64,000 bases of DNA from Flectonema sp. DT1601 (Eukaryota), in assembly GCA_964019425.1 (NCBI GenBank), contig OZ025786.1:496001-560000 (forward strand). The letters are read 5' to 3'. The notes below the pieces were generated by a model. It was not told where the DNA came from. It searched no databases and saw only the letters and a program-made list of their open reading frames with translations. A program made the translations under genes and the position numbers. This document shows positions 1-15,000 of the stretch, one piece after another (the stretch's first letter is position 1; every line of letters starts with the position of its first letter).

Positions 1-3000
1 TCGTTGCAGATGGAGGCAGCTGCGAAGGAGGTGGAAGTCCAAAATCTTGTAAGAAAATTATCTGAAAATACGAAAGAAAAAGACGCCTTAAAACAAGAAA
101 TCGACAGCAGAGACGAAATGTTGACAAAAAAGAGACAAGAATTAGTGGATCTCCAAGTGGAGTCTGATGAGCAGCTCAAAGTTGTTATGGCTGAAGCAGG
201 CTCAGCACGGGCAGATGCCCTGCGAGGATCGTCCTCAGCTGCGGATTTACAGCGCGAAAATGATCGTTTGACTGCCGCTGGTAATGAAAGACAACTTCAG
301 ATCGATTCCCTCAGAGATCAAATCGACAACTCTATTGAGGCTCAAAAACGAGAGCGAACGACAGCAGATGCTGTGCGTGTCGACTTAGAAGATCGAATCC
401 GCCAACAGTCAAAACTTGCTGAAGATCGAATGAACTCACTTGAGGAGATAAAAAATATCCAAAAACTACAAAGTGAGTCCGCTGACATTAACCAAACCAG
501 ACTACAGGCCGCTGAGCAACTAGTGCGAGAAAAGGAAGCTACGCTAACGAGATCAGCCAGAAGCTCATCGAAAATTAGAAAATCGTTTCGAAATTTGAAT
601 GCAGCTTTTCAGAACCGTTCGGAAACCGCAGAAAGACTACTGATGTTTTATGAGGATGAGATGTCGCAGAATGTTAACAAACAATTTCATGAGATACGAT
701 CTGAGGCTCGTCAAGAACTTTTATCATCTTCAGTTACTTCTATTCGAGGTAATCAAAGTGAAGTTGAATCAAGTCTTGCACAAGCACGTGAGATGGAAGT
801 CAATCGCCTTCAACAACAGTTGGCTGAGTCAGAAACAGAATCTCTTACACTTCAAGCCCGTCAAAATCTAGTTGAGAATATTAAAGACAACATCTCTACA
901 ACTGATGATCTCATGAATGAAATAAAATGTGAAGCAATGCAACAAAGAAAATCAGAACTGATGTCGACTGCTGAAGCAGAACTAATCGTTGAGATTAAGG
1001 ACTCAGTAATGAGCAATGCGGAGAACAAACAAATTGTTATGTCGGAAGTAGCATCTCAACTCCGTTCCGAAGACAACAACAAACTCATATCTGAAGTTCG
1101 ACAACAATTACAACAAGAAGTCGCTTCATCCGAAGGACCTGAATTATGCGCTGAAGCCCGACTGGCATTACAGAAAAGCACCGTTGCCGAACTCAAAGCC
1201 AGCGAGGAATCTTTTTCGGTCATCAAGGAAGAGGCGTCAAAAGAGTTAATCGCAAGTGAGAAGGAATCAATAAAAAAAAGTGAAAATCACATGTCTCGAA
1301 TCCGAAATTCCGCAGCCGACTCTCTACGAGATGAGATCAAAAGAGAAGAAGTCGAGGAAATAAAAAAATCACTCGTCAAAGAGATTGAAAACGAGCTCAC
1401 GGAATCAAACGGTTCTGGACTCCTTGCTGAAGCAAAGGAAAAATTAATAACGGAAATGATTGATGAGCTGAAGGCAAGTGAAACTGCTAAAGTCAGTATT
1501 ATTGATACAGCGACATCCAGATTGGAACAACAACTAGCTGAGCAAGAAGGATCAGATATCTTAAAGGAAGCTCGTCATCAACTGCTGAATGCTTCAAAAC
1601 AAGAAATCAAAGCCGACAGCACTTCAATGAAACAAGTCAAGGAAGAAGCTCTACATGAACTTGCTAAAGAGTTATCAAAAAAACTTGAACAAGATCCGAC
1701 TGCAGTGACCAGCGCCTCTAATAGTGCCAAAGACCAACTAGTCACTAAGATGTTACGAGAGGACGAAACCCAACTTCGTGAAGCAGCATTGCTGTCAGCT
1801 CAAGAAGAAGTTGCAAAGAGAGAAGGGAAAGAGTTGTGTTCTCAAGCACGCCAGCAGATATTCGAATCAACTGTCACAGAAATTAATCAAAATGGAGAAG
1901 CGATGGACGAAATTAAACTAAAAGCAGAATCACAAGTTCTTCAACAACACATCACTGAAATAGAAGATTCTCATGAAGTGCAGTCTGCTGCTTTTGAAGC
2001 CGCCGTATCAAAAGTAATCCCAACACTCGATTCGCAACAAATAATTAAACATGCAACCACTGCCTACCTAACTGGAGACAATCCTGACACTTATCAACTT
2101 CAGGAAGAAGCTAGAGCTAAGGCACTCTGTCAACTAATTGAAAACCTGAAGAGAGACAAGATGAATGACACAAATAAAGCAGCACGCGATTCTGTAGTAT
2201 TTGATTTAATTAGTGTCATAAAGTCTGATCCAATGAAGTTGAGGGAACTAAGAGAGTCCGCAATGGAGGAGGTAAAGCAACAACTTCTCTCAGATGAGAG
2301 TGAACTCTCATACCTTGAGAATAAAGCTAGAGAACATATGCAACACGATCACATACTTATGAATGACATCTCAGAGAAAGCTTCTTTGAAATTACAATCA
2401 GAACTGTTGTCTGATCCAAAGGAAAGAGAGCTTCTTAGAAGAACAGCAACTGCTAACCTCACAAATGATGTGATGGCAATGAGAGATATTAGAGAAGATG
2501 CTGCAGCAGTAATCAAATCTGAATTACTACAAGATTCTTCAGAACGACAATCTCTTAAACGATTAATACAAGATGATCTCCTTCAATCATCTGGTTCTGA
2601 AATATTAATCGAAGCCAGAGAACAACTTCGAATTGGAACTCTAACAGAACTTCAGTCAAACTCATCAGAGATGGAATTGCTACGATCTGAAGTTCAAAAT
2701 GAAATAATTTCTTCATTAAAAAACAATGAAAATACAATGAAGGACATCGAACAGAACGCTACTAATGAATTAATTCAACAAATGATAATGGATGATTCTC
2801 AGACGGAAAGACTTCGAAAATCTGCTGAAGAACAAATTCTCAAAAACGAAAAAAATGAAATTCTACAAACTGCCAGATCAGAACTAATCAAAGCAATGCA
2901 ACAACAGCTTTGTGATGATGTTGATGTGATGGATGAATTGAAATTAAAAGTTAAAGAGGAAACTGCTGCGGATATTAAAAATAGTTCAGAAAATGAAACT

Positions 3001-6000
3001 GAAGCTGCGAAACTAGCACAGCAGCTAACAGCTGACGAGATGCTGAAAGATTCTTCCAAACTAGAATCAGTACTAATCAGAGAACTATCAGCGCAATCGA
3101 ATCCATTACTGTACGAAGCCTCTATAACAATTGCTAGAGACTTATTGGGAAAGGATCCCGAGGTACGAAATGAAATTATTAAACACCTCGCTAGTCAACT
3201 CGAAGAAGACGATGGAGACGAGTGGGACGCCATCCGACAAGAAGCCCACCAACAGTTAGTATCTGAAGCAAAAAAAGACGACAAAACACGCAAAAAAGCT
3301 TTTAAAAAAGCCCAAGTCGAAGTGGCAGAAAAAGAAGGTAAAAAATTACTTGCGAAGGCACGCAACGAATTATTTGATTCTATTTATGATGAAGTGAAGG
3401 CTGACGAAGACGAGATGGACAAGTTAAAGTCAGCAGCAATTACTGAAATGAAACAAACCCTCGACGAGTCTGACATCCGAACTCTCGCTGAGAAAGAATT
3501 GATTACCAACTTAATACAAACTGACTCTTCAACACTACGAGAACAAGCTTTGAAATCCGCCCAAGAACAAGTAGCACTACAAGAAGGACCCACTCTCTAT
3601 CAAGAAGCACGAAGAGAACTGTTAGAGGCATCAAAAGAAGAAATTCGTTCCGATCAAAAGTCAATGGCCGAAGTACAAACAGCTGTAAGAGATCAGCTAA
3701 TTTCTAATATATTCGAATCGCCACAACTGATGGCACCAATTCGTAGTAATGTTATTTCTGAAGTTAAGAAATCCCTGGCGGAGGATGAGATTGACGATAT
3801 TGAAAAACAAGTCGTAGAGGATATAAGAAAAGACTTTCTCGCATCAGAAGGTACAGCTCTTCACGAATCAGTCAGAAAACATGTTTTTGATAATGCCGTC
3901 AGTGAACTTAAGTCATCATCTTCATCAATGTCGTCAGTTACGGAGAGCGCGAAACAAAATGTCGTCGAGTCCCTGCTCGCAACTGACTCCACTGAACGCA
4001 CGAAACTCAAAAAGCAAGCCTCCGATATTGTTATCGCAAAACTGACTGAAGAAATCGAATTAGAATCTGACGACATTCGAAGTAAACTGCGGTCAGAAAT
4101 AGAAGAACGAATCGCCCAACAAGAAGGAGATTCCATTTGTGCGAAATCACGGGAACTTCTTACCGACGCTTCAGTAAAAGAAATAGAAAAGGACGACGAA
4201 GTAATGAAACAAGTATTTGAAGAAGCTCGTCGTGAGTTGGTCACTCGTCTGCTAGACGAGGACAAGGCACTGCTGCGAGACGCTGCGTTTTCCAAAGCCT
4301 GCGATGTGATCCTCAACACTGAGGAAGAACAATTGAAGGCCGCTGCTCGACGAGACATCCAAAAACAAATTTCCGAATCCGACGGACACGAACTCCGAAT
4401 GGAGGCCCGTAAAGAACTTCTGCAATCAGAAAGGGAGGAGCTCTCCTCTTCAGAAACTGATATGGCTGCCATTAGAGAGGAGGCTATGAAAGTACTTAAG
4501 CATCAGCTGGCTGACGAAGTTCGTCAGGAAAACGAAAGCGCCCTTCGCAACGATTCCTATTTATCTTTGAAGGAGTCGGTCAGTCGGCAACTTGAAGCTG
4601 AGATTGCTGAAACTGAAGGCGCAGAGATCTGTGAGGAAGCGAGGAGACAACTCTCTGAAATGTCAATGAGGGAGTTGTTAGCTGATGAGCAGGTGTGCGC
4701 AGACCTTCGAACAAAACTTCGCAGGGCACTTGAAGATGACATCGCCCAAAACGAAGGTCCAGACATCTGTTCGGAGGTACGCAACCAACTGACTCGTGAA
4801 CTCGCTGAAGAAATGCGGGTGGGGGAAGTTATGAAAACTGTTCCTCGGCTTGATGACAACACCACCTCTACTACTGAAATGTTACAAAGGGATTTCATTA
4901 ATAATATAAAACATGATATTCATAATGAAGCTGCAGACTTACTTATCCCAAAGGCTGCTGTTGTTAACAGAACAAGAAAATCCGAATCTGACTCAACCGA
5001 CAGCAGCAGCAGCAGCAGCAGCGATAAACGTGCAGCTGACTTGTCTCAGAAACGCCTTCGCAAAACTAAGAAGGCGCGTGATACCAGCGGTAGTACAAAA
5101 CTAAAGGATCAGCTGATTATCTACAGCGACTCCACTAACAGCAGCAGCAGCGATAAACGTGCAGCTGACTTGTCTCAGAAACGCCTTCGCAAAACTAAGA
5201 AGGCGCGTGATACCAGCGGTAGTACAAAACTAACGGATCAGCTGATTATCGACAGCGACTCCACTAACAGCAGCAGCAGCGATAAACGCGGAACTGACTT
5301 GTCTCAGAAACGCCTTCGCAGAAGTAAGAAGGCGCGTGATACCAGCGGTAGTACAAAACTAACGGATCAGCTGATTGTCGACAGCGACTCCACTAACAGC
5401 AGCAGCGATAGCGAGAGATGTGTTGTAGAAGAATCTCAGAAATCAAAAAAAGTGAAAAAACAAACCCGAGATGGCACAAAAACTAAAACAACAAAACAAA
5501 AAAGTAAACAAGTCACGGACGACATCACAAAACAACATCTGAAGGATAAAAGAATCACTACTAAGGCTGCAGCTATCAAACGGTTGATAGAAAAAGAGAA
5601 CGAATCCGACGAGATATTTACTCCACCCAAACCAACCAAAGTAATGATGCCTGACAATGATGTTTATGAAGGTGCTCTCAGTCCTAGAGAAGAGGAAGCT
5701 ATTCGTTCATTAATTCGTTCTGAACTAAATCAACGAGAAGGAAAGGATTCACAAGGTCGTAAGTGGGAATGGTCATCCCCTCGAGAGAAGATGAAAACCT
5801 GGGCCTGTGCTGTTAGTGAAAGAGAACAAGCAGTCAAAGACAGACATCAAACACTACAACAACTTGAGTCTAACAATTCAGATATTGCTATTCTACCTCA
5901 TTCAATGAATCCTCTAGTTGCTTCAACACCAACGGAAGCTGACTTAGAAGAACGCGAACACAAAGTGTTACAGAATTGGGATTCAATCAGGAAACGTGAA

Positions 6001-9000
6001 GAAGCTCTCCTACGGGGAGCCGCCCCGTTGAGACAGATTCAAACCCCTCACGATATCAATAAAAGTGATGATTGTTATTCATCAGTTGAGGGGAACTTAT
6101 CACCACCTGATCTCGATAATGTAAGAACTGAAGTGAAGCAGACAAACATTCAAAGTTCTGATGCCACAACCATTCTCAACAAATCATCCACTGAGCCTAC
6201 ATCTTCTTCATCATCTCCTCTAACACATCGAGAACCAGAGTCAGTAGAGACTGCACATCTACGCAATCTAATTCGAAGAGAACTACGACATGAGTTGCCA
6301 AAAGATTCGACGAGGGGATATCCGCGACAGCGTCTTATTGCTGCACTTGAATCAGAGCTTCACGACGTGAAGAGCGAAGTATCTGATCATCCGGAGCAGT
6401 TGCTCGTCTCAGACGACTCTGTAAGGTCAGCTATCCAACAAGAAATTAAAGAAAAGTTATGGGAACAAATCGTACTCCTCGATAAAAATGAGGGAGAGAA
6501 ACAGCAGACCGAGTCTGAAATCAGTCGACTTGTTCGCGAGGAAATGCAAGAACTTCGTCACGCCGTAGCGACAGACCCTCAATCGAATAAAGTTTTAAAA
6601 GAAACCACTTCTGTCATTCGGCAGTCTGTTGACAATCAACTGAGTGAAGCAAAGCAACAGTCAACAATAACCAAAAGTGATATTATAACAGCGGAAGACT
6701 CTCTTGCAAAAGATCAGGAGCTATCTAAGTCGACTGCAGCTGCTAATGTTTCGATGAGAGAAAGTGAGCAACTGTCAACAATAACCAAAACTGACATTAC
6801 AACACCAGAAGACGGGAATGGACCTCACTCAGATCAGGAAAAGTCCAAGTCTATTGCAGCTGTTGATGATTCGATCCCTGCAAGACAGCAACAGAATGCA
6901 GCAATCAAAACTATCCCTCGTGACCTTCCATCCGATGAGTCAGTTGAACTAGTTGAGAACAACAGAAGTTCAGACATTGTTGTTGGACATACTCTTACAC
7001 AGAAATTAGAAATTGACATTAAAACACATGAGGACTCCAAAACAGATCTTAGAAACTCAGAACTGCAATCCAACACTTCGAGTGAGCACTTCAAAGAGAC
7101 GGCTACTGATCTTCAACAACATCAGATTACTGCTACTGTGGATGATATCAATCCTTCTGTCACAGAGGTTTCAAATGATAGTAAGAAACATAATAAACAA
7201 GTCATCGATTCGAAGACGGAATTAATAAGCAACTCGACAGCCGCTGGTACGACAGAAGAACTCGTCAAACCAACTTCCGGAGAGCTACCCGACGGACTTG
7301 AGGGTGCGAAAACTTCAGACCAATACCCGTCAACTGACTCAACTATTTCTGAAGTTCTTGAGAAGGAACAAACATCAGATGATCTCAATGTTGTTATTAA
7401 TCAAACTACCTCACTCAATCTAAAGGATGATATCGTAATTCAAAACCCAACAACAGTAATAATTGATTCAACTACTCCCGTCGACAGCCAGACAGCTGTA
7501 GTTGACCTTAAGACAGGAGTGGTTTCTAAGAATCCAGAGATTACGTCTTCTTCTGGAGAAGTGCTTTCGGAATCAGAGGAAGCAGCAATCGATCCCGAGA
7601 CAGGTGCGGTCATCATAAATCCAATATCAGCGAAGCTTGATCCAACCACTGGCGAGATCCTTCCTGAAGGTGAGATTGCAGCATTCGATCCGAAGACGGG
7701 AGTAGTAATTAGGAATCCGAAGACAGTTGTTATCAATCTAGCTTCTGGTGAGATTCTTTCCGAAGGTCAGGAGGGTGAGAAGGCTGTACTCGATCTCAAG
7801 ACAGGTGCGGTTATTCGAAACCCAACAACAGTGAGACTCAATCCAACTACTGGTGAGATCCTCCCTGAAGGAGTTATGGCTGTAGTTGACCCGAAGACGG
7901 GAGCTGTTGTAAAGAATCCGAAGATGGTAAAAATCGACTCGTCTACTGGAGAAATGCTTCCCAAGGGAGAACAAGCAGTAGTTAATACCGAGACAGGTGT
8001 TGTTATTCGAAACCCAACAACGGTGAGACTTGACCCAACCACTGGTGAGATCCTTCCTGAAGGTGAGATTGCGGCAATGGATCCGAAGACGGGAGTAGTA
8101 ATTAGGAATCCGAAAACAGTTGTTATCAATCCAGCTTCTGGTGAGATCCTCCCCGAAGGTCAGGAGGGTGAGAAGGCTGCACTCGATCCCAAGACAGGTG
8201 CGGTTATTCGAAACCCAACAGCAGTGAGACTCGACCCAACCACTGGTGAGATCCTCCCTGAAGGAGTTATGGCTGTAGTTGACCCGAAGACAGGAGCTGT
8301 TATTAAGAATCCGAAGATTGTTAAAATCGACTCGTCTACTGGAGAGGTACTTCTGGAGACAGAGGAAGCAGCATTCAATCCTGAAACGGGATTCATAATC
8401 CGAAACCCAAAACCAGTGAGACTCGACCCAACCACTGGTGAGATCCTTCCTGAAGGTGAGATTGCGGCGATGGATCCGAAGACTGGAGTAGTAATTAGGA
8501 ATCCGAAGACAGTTGTTATCAATCCAGCTTCTGGTGAGATTCTTTCCGGAGGTCAGGAGGGTGAGAATGCTGCACTCGATCCCAAGACAGGTGCGGTTAT
8601 TCGAAACCCAACAACAGTGAGACTCAATCCAACTACTGGTGAGATCCTCCCTGAAGGAGTTATGGCTGTACTTGACCCGAAGACGGGAGCTGTTGTAAAG
8701 AATCCGAAGATGGTGAAAATCGACTCGTCTACTGGAGAAATGCTTCCCAAGGGAGAACAAGCAGTAGTTAATACCGAGACGGGTGTTGTTATTCGAAACC
8801 CAACAACTGTGAGACTCAACCCAACCACTGGTGAGATCCTTCCTGAAGGTGAGATTGCGGCAATGGATCCGAAGACTGGAGTAGTAATTAGGAATCCGAA
8901 AACAGTTGTTATCAATCCAGCTTCTGGTGAGATTCTTTCCGAAGGTCAGGAGGGTGAGAAGGCTGCACTCGATCTCAAGACAGGTGCGGTTATTCGAAAC

Positions 9001-12000
9001 CCAACAACTGTGAGACTCAACCCAACTACTGGTGAGATCCTCCCTGAAGGAGTTATGGCTGTAGTTGACCCGAAGACGGGAGCTGTTGTAAAGAATCCGA
9101 AGATGGTAAAAATCGACTCGTCTACTGGAGAGGTACTTCTGGAGACAGAGGAAGCAGCAGTCGATCTTAAAACAGGTGCGGTTATCAGAAATCTAAAACT
9201 CGACTCAACCACCAGTGAGAGCAGCTCTTCAAAACAAGCCTCCCAAAGCGGATGTGAGAAGATCGAAAATGTTGAAACTACCACAGCTGAAGTAACGACT
9301 GCTCAGAAAGAGATAACAGCTGAAGTAACGACTGCTCAGAAAGAGATAACAGCTGAAGTTACGACTGCTCAGAAAGAGATAACAGCTGAAGTTACGACTG
9401 CTCAGAAAGAGATAACAGCTGAAGTTACGACTGCTCAGAAAAAGATAACAGCTGAAGTTACGACTGCTCAGAAAGAGATAACAGCTGAAGTAACGACTGC
9501 TCAGAAAGAGATAACAGCTGACTCCATAAATGAATCGCCTTCAGTGTCAACCAACTCAACTAAAGAAGTATCGCATCACTCTTGTGAAAAGAAACTGGAG
9601 ACTATCGAACTTATTGGTAACTTACAAAATATAGAAGTCACTGAGGAAAGTAAAAAACAACAAGACTCTCTCAACCAATCTCTATCTGATAGCAGGACAC
9701 CAACTAGGAACAGTATTTCATCTGAAATGATAACAGCAACTACACGAAGAGTATTAGAAGGCAGTGATGACTGTTCATTACCTGATAGTGATTCTTTACT
9801 TTGTTATCGAACTCCTGATCAAAAGTCAAATTTCAAACCTACCGAGTTTTCAGAAATCTATGATGACGTTGTCCTAAATCCTGACTCACCAGATCTAAGC
9901 AGATCAGCAGCACTCGCTGACCAGTTGGAATACTCAGATGTTGAAGGAGATAAGAAGACAAGAAAGAAGAAGAAGAAGATTACTAAACAACAATCACTCA
10001 ATGAAATAACAGTAGATGGCAGTCCTTTATTATCACCACAACCAATAATAAGACCACTTCGAAAGGCAACTTCTGCAAAGAAAACCAAACCCCTGAAGCC
10101 AACAACGCCATCTACAGTTAGCAGAACAGTCACATCCTCAAAGAACAAGTCTGCTCCGATATCAGCAGCTGCTACGGATGCCGCTAAAAGAGCCACAGAA
10201 CGAGTACGGAAAAAGCTTTCTGAATCAAAGAAACATGTCGAAAACAGTCAAACAGCTGCAAAGAAGACTCCGATAAAGAAGAAGTCAGGTATCCCTGCTC
10301 GGAATAGAAGTTCTACTGTCAAGGTGACTAACTCACCAGTAGCAGTTATAACAAAAGTGAGATCATCTTCCTCTGTTAGAAAGGGTGGGACTGCATTACA
10401 AAAAATACCAAAACCAAAAATATCCAACATCGACAGACGTAGTTCTTCGTCATCCTCATCATCATCTTCGTCTCAAGAGACTCGGCAAGCAATTTCAGAA
10501 AAACTTTCTGATTACGCGAAACATACAAAGTTACTTGTCATGGACCCAAAGACCGGAGTAATAATTAGCAATCCGAAGGCTGTTGTTATCAATCCAGCTT
10601 CTGGTGAGATCCTCACCGAAGGTCAGGAGGGTGAGAATGCTGTACTCGATCTCAAGACTGGTGCGGTTATTCGAAACCCGACAACAGTGAGACTCAATCC
10701 AACTACTGGTGAGATCCTCCCTGAAGGAGTTATGGCTGTACTTGACCCGAAGACAGGAGCTGTTATTAAGAATCCGAATATTTTTAAAATCGACTCGTCT
10801 ACTGGAGAGGTACTTCTGGAGACAGAGGAAGCAGCATTCAATCCTGAAACGGGATTCATAATCCGAAACCCAACAACTGTGAGACTCGACCCAACCACTG
10901 GTGAGATCCTTCCTGAAGGTGAGATTGCGGCAATGGATCCGAAGACTGGAGTAGTAATTAGGAATCCGAAGACAGTTGTTATCAATCCAGCTTCTGGTGA
11001 GATTCTTTCCGAAGGTCAGGAGGGTGAGAAGGCTGCACTCGATCTCAAGACAGGTGCGGTTATTCGAAACCCAACAACTGTGAGATTCAACCCAACTACT
11101 GGTGAGATCCTCCCTGAAGGAGTTATGGCTGTAGTTGACCCGAAGACAGGAGCTGTTATTAAGAATCCGAAGATTGTTAAAATCGACTCGTCTACTGGAG
11201 AGGTACTTCTGAAGACAGAGGAAGCAGCATTCAATCCTGAAACGGGATTCATAATCCGAAACCCAACAACTGTGAGACTCGACCCAACCACTGGTGAGAT
11301 CCTTCCTGAAGGTGAGATTGCGGCAATGGATCCGAAGACTGGAGTAGTAATTAGGAATCCGAAGACAGTTGTTATCAATCCAGCTTCTGGTGAGATTCTT
11401 TCCGAAGGTCAGGAGGGTGAGAAGGCTGCACTCGATCTCAAGACAGGTGCGGTTATTCGAAACCCGACAACGGTGAGACTCAACCCAACTACTGGTGAGA
11501 TCCTCCCTGAAGGAGTTATGGCTGTAGTTGACCCGAAGACGGGAGCTGTTATTAAGAATCCGAATATTTTTAAAATCGACTCGTCTACTGGAGAGGTACT
11601 TCTGGAGACAGAGGAAGCAGCATTCAATCCTGAAACGGGATTCATAATCCGAAACCCAAAAACAATGAGACTCGACCCAACCACTGGTGAGATCCTTCCT
11701 GAAGGTGAGATCGCGGCAATGGATCCGAAGACGGGAGTAGTAATTAGGAATCCGAAGACAGTTGTTATCAGTCCAGCTTCTGGTGAGATTCTTTCCGAAG
11801 GTCAGGAAGGTGAGAAGGCTGCACTCGATCTCAAGACAGGTGCGGTTATTCGAAACCCAACAACTGTGAGACTCAACCCAACTACTGGTGAGATCCTTCC
11901 TGAAGGTGAGATCGCGGCAATAGATCCGAAGACGGGAGTAGTAATTAGGAATCCGAAGACAGTTGTTATCAGTCCAGCTTCTGGTGAGATTCTTTCCGAA

Positions 12001-15000
12001 GGTCAGGAAGGTGAGAAGGCTGCACTCGATCTCAAGACAGGTGCGGTTATTCGAAACCCAACAACTGTGAGACTCAACCCAACTACTGGTGAGATCCTCC
12101 CTGAAGGAGTTATGGCTGTAGTTGACCCGAAGACGGGAGCTGTTGTAAAGAATCCGAAGATTGTTAAAATCGACTCGTCTACTGGAGAAATGCTTCCCAA
12201 GGGAGAACAAGCAGTAGTTAATACCGAGACGGGTGTTGTTATTCGAAACCCAACAACGGTGAGACTCGACCCAACCACTGGTGAGATCCTTCCTGAAGGT
12301 GAGATTGCAGCAATGGATCCGAAGACTGGAGTAGTAATTAGGAATCCGAAGACGGTTGTTATCAATCCAGCTTCTGGTGAGATTCTTTCCGAAGGTCAGG
12401 AGGGTGAGAAGGCTGCACTCGATCTCAAGACAGGTGCGGTTATTCGAAACCCGACAACGGTGAGACTCAACCCAACTACTGGTGAGATCCTCCCTGAAGG
12501 AGTTATGGCTGTAGTTGACCCGAAGACAGGAGCTGTTATTAAGAATCCGAAGATTGTTAAAATCGACTCGTCTACTGGAGAGGTACTTCTGGAGACAGAG
12601 GAAGCAGCATTCAATCCTGAAACGGGATTCATAATCCGAAACCCAAAAACAGTGAGACTCGACCCAACCACTGGTGAAGGTGAGATCGCGGCAATGGATC
12701 CGAAGACTGGAGTAGTAATTAGGAATCCGAAGACAGTTGTTATCAATCCAGCTTCTGATGAGATCCTCCCCGAAGGTCAGGAGGGTGAGAAGGCTGTACT
12801 CGATCTCAAGACAGGTGCGGTTATTCGAAACCCAACAACTGTGAGACTCAACCCAACTACTGGTGAGATCCTCCCTGAAGGAGTTATGGCTGTAGTTGAC
12901 CCGAAGACGGGAGCTGTTGTAAAGAATCCGAAGATTGTTAAAATCGACTCGTCTACTGGAGAAATGCTTCCCAAGGGAGAACAAGCAGTAGTTAATACCG
13001 AGACGGGTGTTGTTATTCGAAACCCAACAACGGTGAGACTCGACCCAACCACTGGTGAGATCCTTCCTGAAGGTGAGATTGCAGCAATGGATCCGAAGAC
13101 TGGAGTAGTAATTAGGAATCCGAAGACTGTTGTTATCAATCCAGCTTCTGGTGAGATCCTTCCTGCAGGTGAGATTGCGGCAATGGATCCGAAGACTGGA
13201 GTAGTAATTAGGAATCCGAAAACAGTTGTTATCAATCCAGCTTCTGGTGAGATTCTTTCCGAAGGTCAGGAGGGTGAGAAGGCTGCACTCGATCTCAAGA
13301 CAGGTGCGGTTATTCGAAACCCAACATCAGTGAGACTCAACCCAACTACTGGTGAGATCCTCCCTGAAGGAGTTATGGCTGTAGTTGACCCGAAGACGGG
13401 AGCTGTTATTAAGAATCCGAAGATTGTTAAAATCGACTCGTCTACTGGAGAGGTACTTCTGGAGACAGAGGAAGCAGCATTCAATCCTGAAACGGGATTC
13501 ATAATCCGAAACCCAAAAACAATGAGACTCGACCCAACCACTGGTGAGATCCTTCCTGAAGGTGAGATCGCGGCAATGGATCCGAAGACTGGAGTAGTAA
13601 TTAGGAATCCGAAGACAGTTGTTATCAATCCAGCTTCTGATGAGATCCTCCCCGAAGGTCAGGAGGGTGAGAAGGCTGCACTCGATCTCAAGACAGGTGC
13701 GGTTATTCGAAACCCAACAACAGTGAGACTCAACCCAACTACTGGTGAGATCCTCCCTGAAGGAGTTATGGCTGTAGTTGACCCGAAGACGGGAGCTGTT
13801 GTAAAGAATCCGAAGATTGTTAAAATCGACTCGTCTACTGGAGAAATGCTTCCCAAGGGAGAACAAGCAGTAGTTAATACCGAGACGGGTGTTGTTATTC
13901 GAAACCCAACAACTGTGAGACTCGACCCAACCACTGGTGAGATCCTTCCTGCAGGTGAGATCGCGGCAATGGATCCGAAGACTGGAGTAGTAATTAGGAA
14001 TCCGAAAACAGTTGTTATCAATCCAGCTTCTGGTGAGATTCTTTCCGAAGGTCAGGAGGGTGAGAAGGCTGTACACGATCTCAAGACAGGTGCGGTTATT
14101 CGAAACCCAACATCAGTGAGACTCAACCCAACTACTGGTGAGATCCTCCCTGAAGGAGTTATGGCTGTAGTTGACCCGAAGACGGGAGCTGTTATTAAGA
14201 ATCCGAAGATTGTTAAAATCGACTCGTCTACTGGAGAGGTACTTCTGGAGACAGAGGAAGCAGCATTCAATCCTGAAACGGGATTCATAATCCGAAACCC
14301 AAAACCAGTGAGACTCGACCCAACCACTGGTGAGATCCTTCCTGAAGGTGAGATCGCGGCAATAGATCCGAAGACGGGAGTAGTAATTAGGAATCTGAAG
14401 ACAGTTGTTATCAGTCCAGCTTCTGGTGAGATTCTTTCCGAAGGTCAGGAGGGTGAGAAGGCTGCACTCGATCTCAAGACAGGTGCGGTTATTCGAAACC
14501 CAACAACTGTGAGACTCAACCCAACTACTGGTGAGATCCTCCCTGAAGGAGTTATGGCTGTAGTTGACCCGAAGACGGGAGCTGTTGTAAAGAATCCGAA
14601 GATTGTTAAAATCGACTCGTCTACTGGAGAAATGCTTCCCAAGGGAGAACAAGCAGTAGTTAATACCGAGACAGGTGTTGTTATTCGAAACCCAACAACG
14701 GTGAGACTCGACCCAACCACTGGTGAGATCCTTCCTGAAGGTGAGATTGCAGCAATGGATCCGAAGACTGGAGTAGTAATTAGGAATCCGAAGACTGTTG
14801 TTATCAATCCAGCTTCTGGTGAGATCCTTCCTGCAGGTGAGATTGCGGCAATGGATCCGAAGACTGGAGTAGTAATTAGGAATCCGAAAACAGTTGTTAT
14901 CAATCCAGCTTCTGGTGAGATTCTTTCCGAAGGTCAGGAGGGTGAGAAGGCTGCACTCGATCTCAAGACAGGTGCGGTTATTCGAAACCCAACATCAGTG

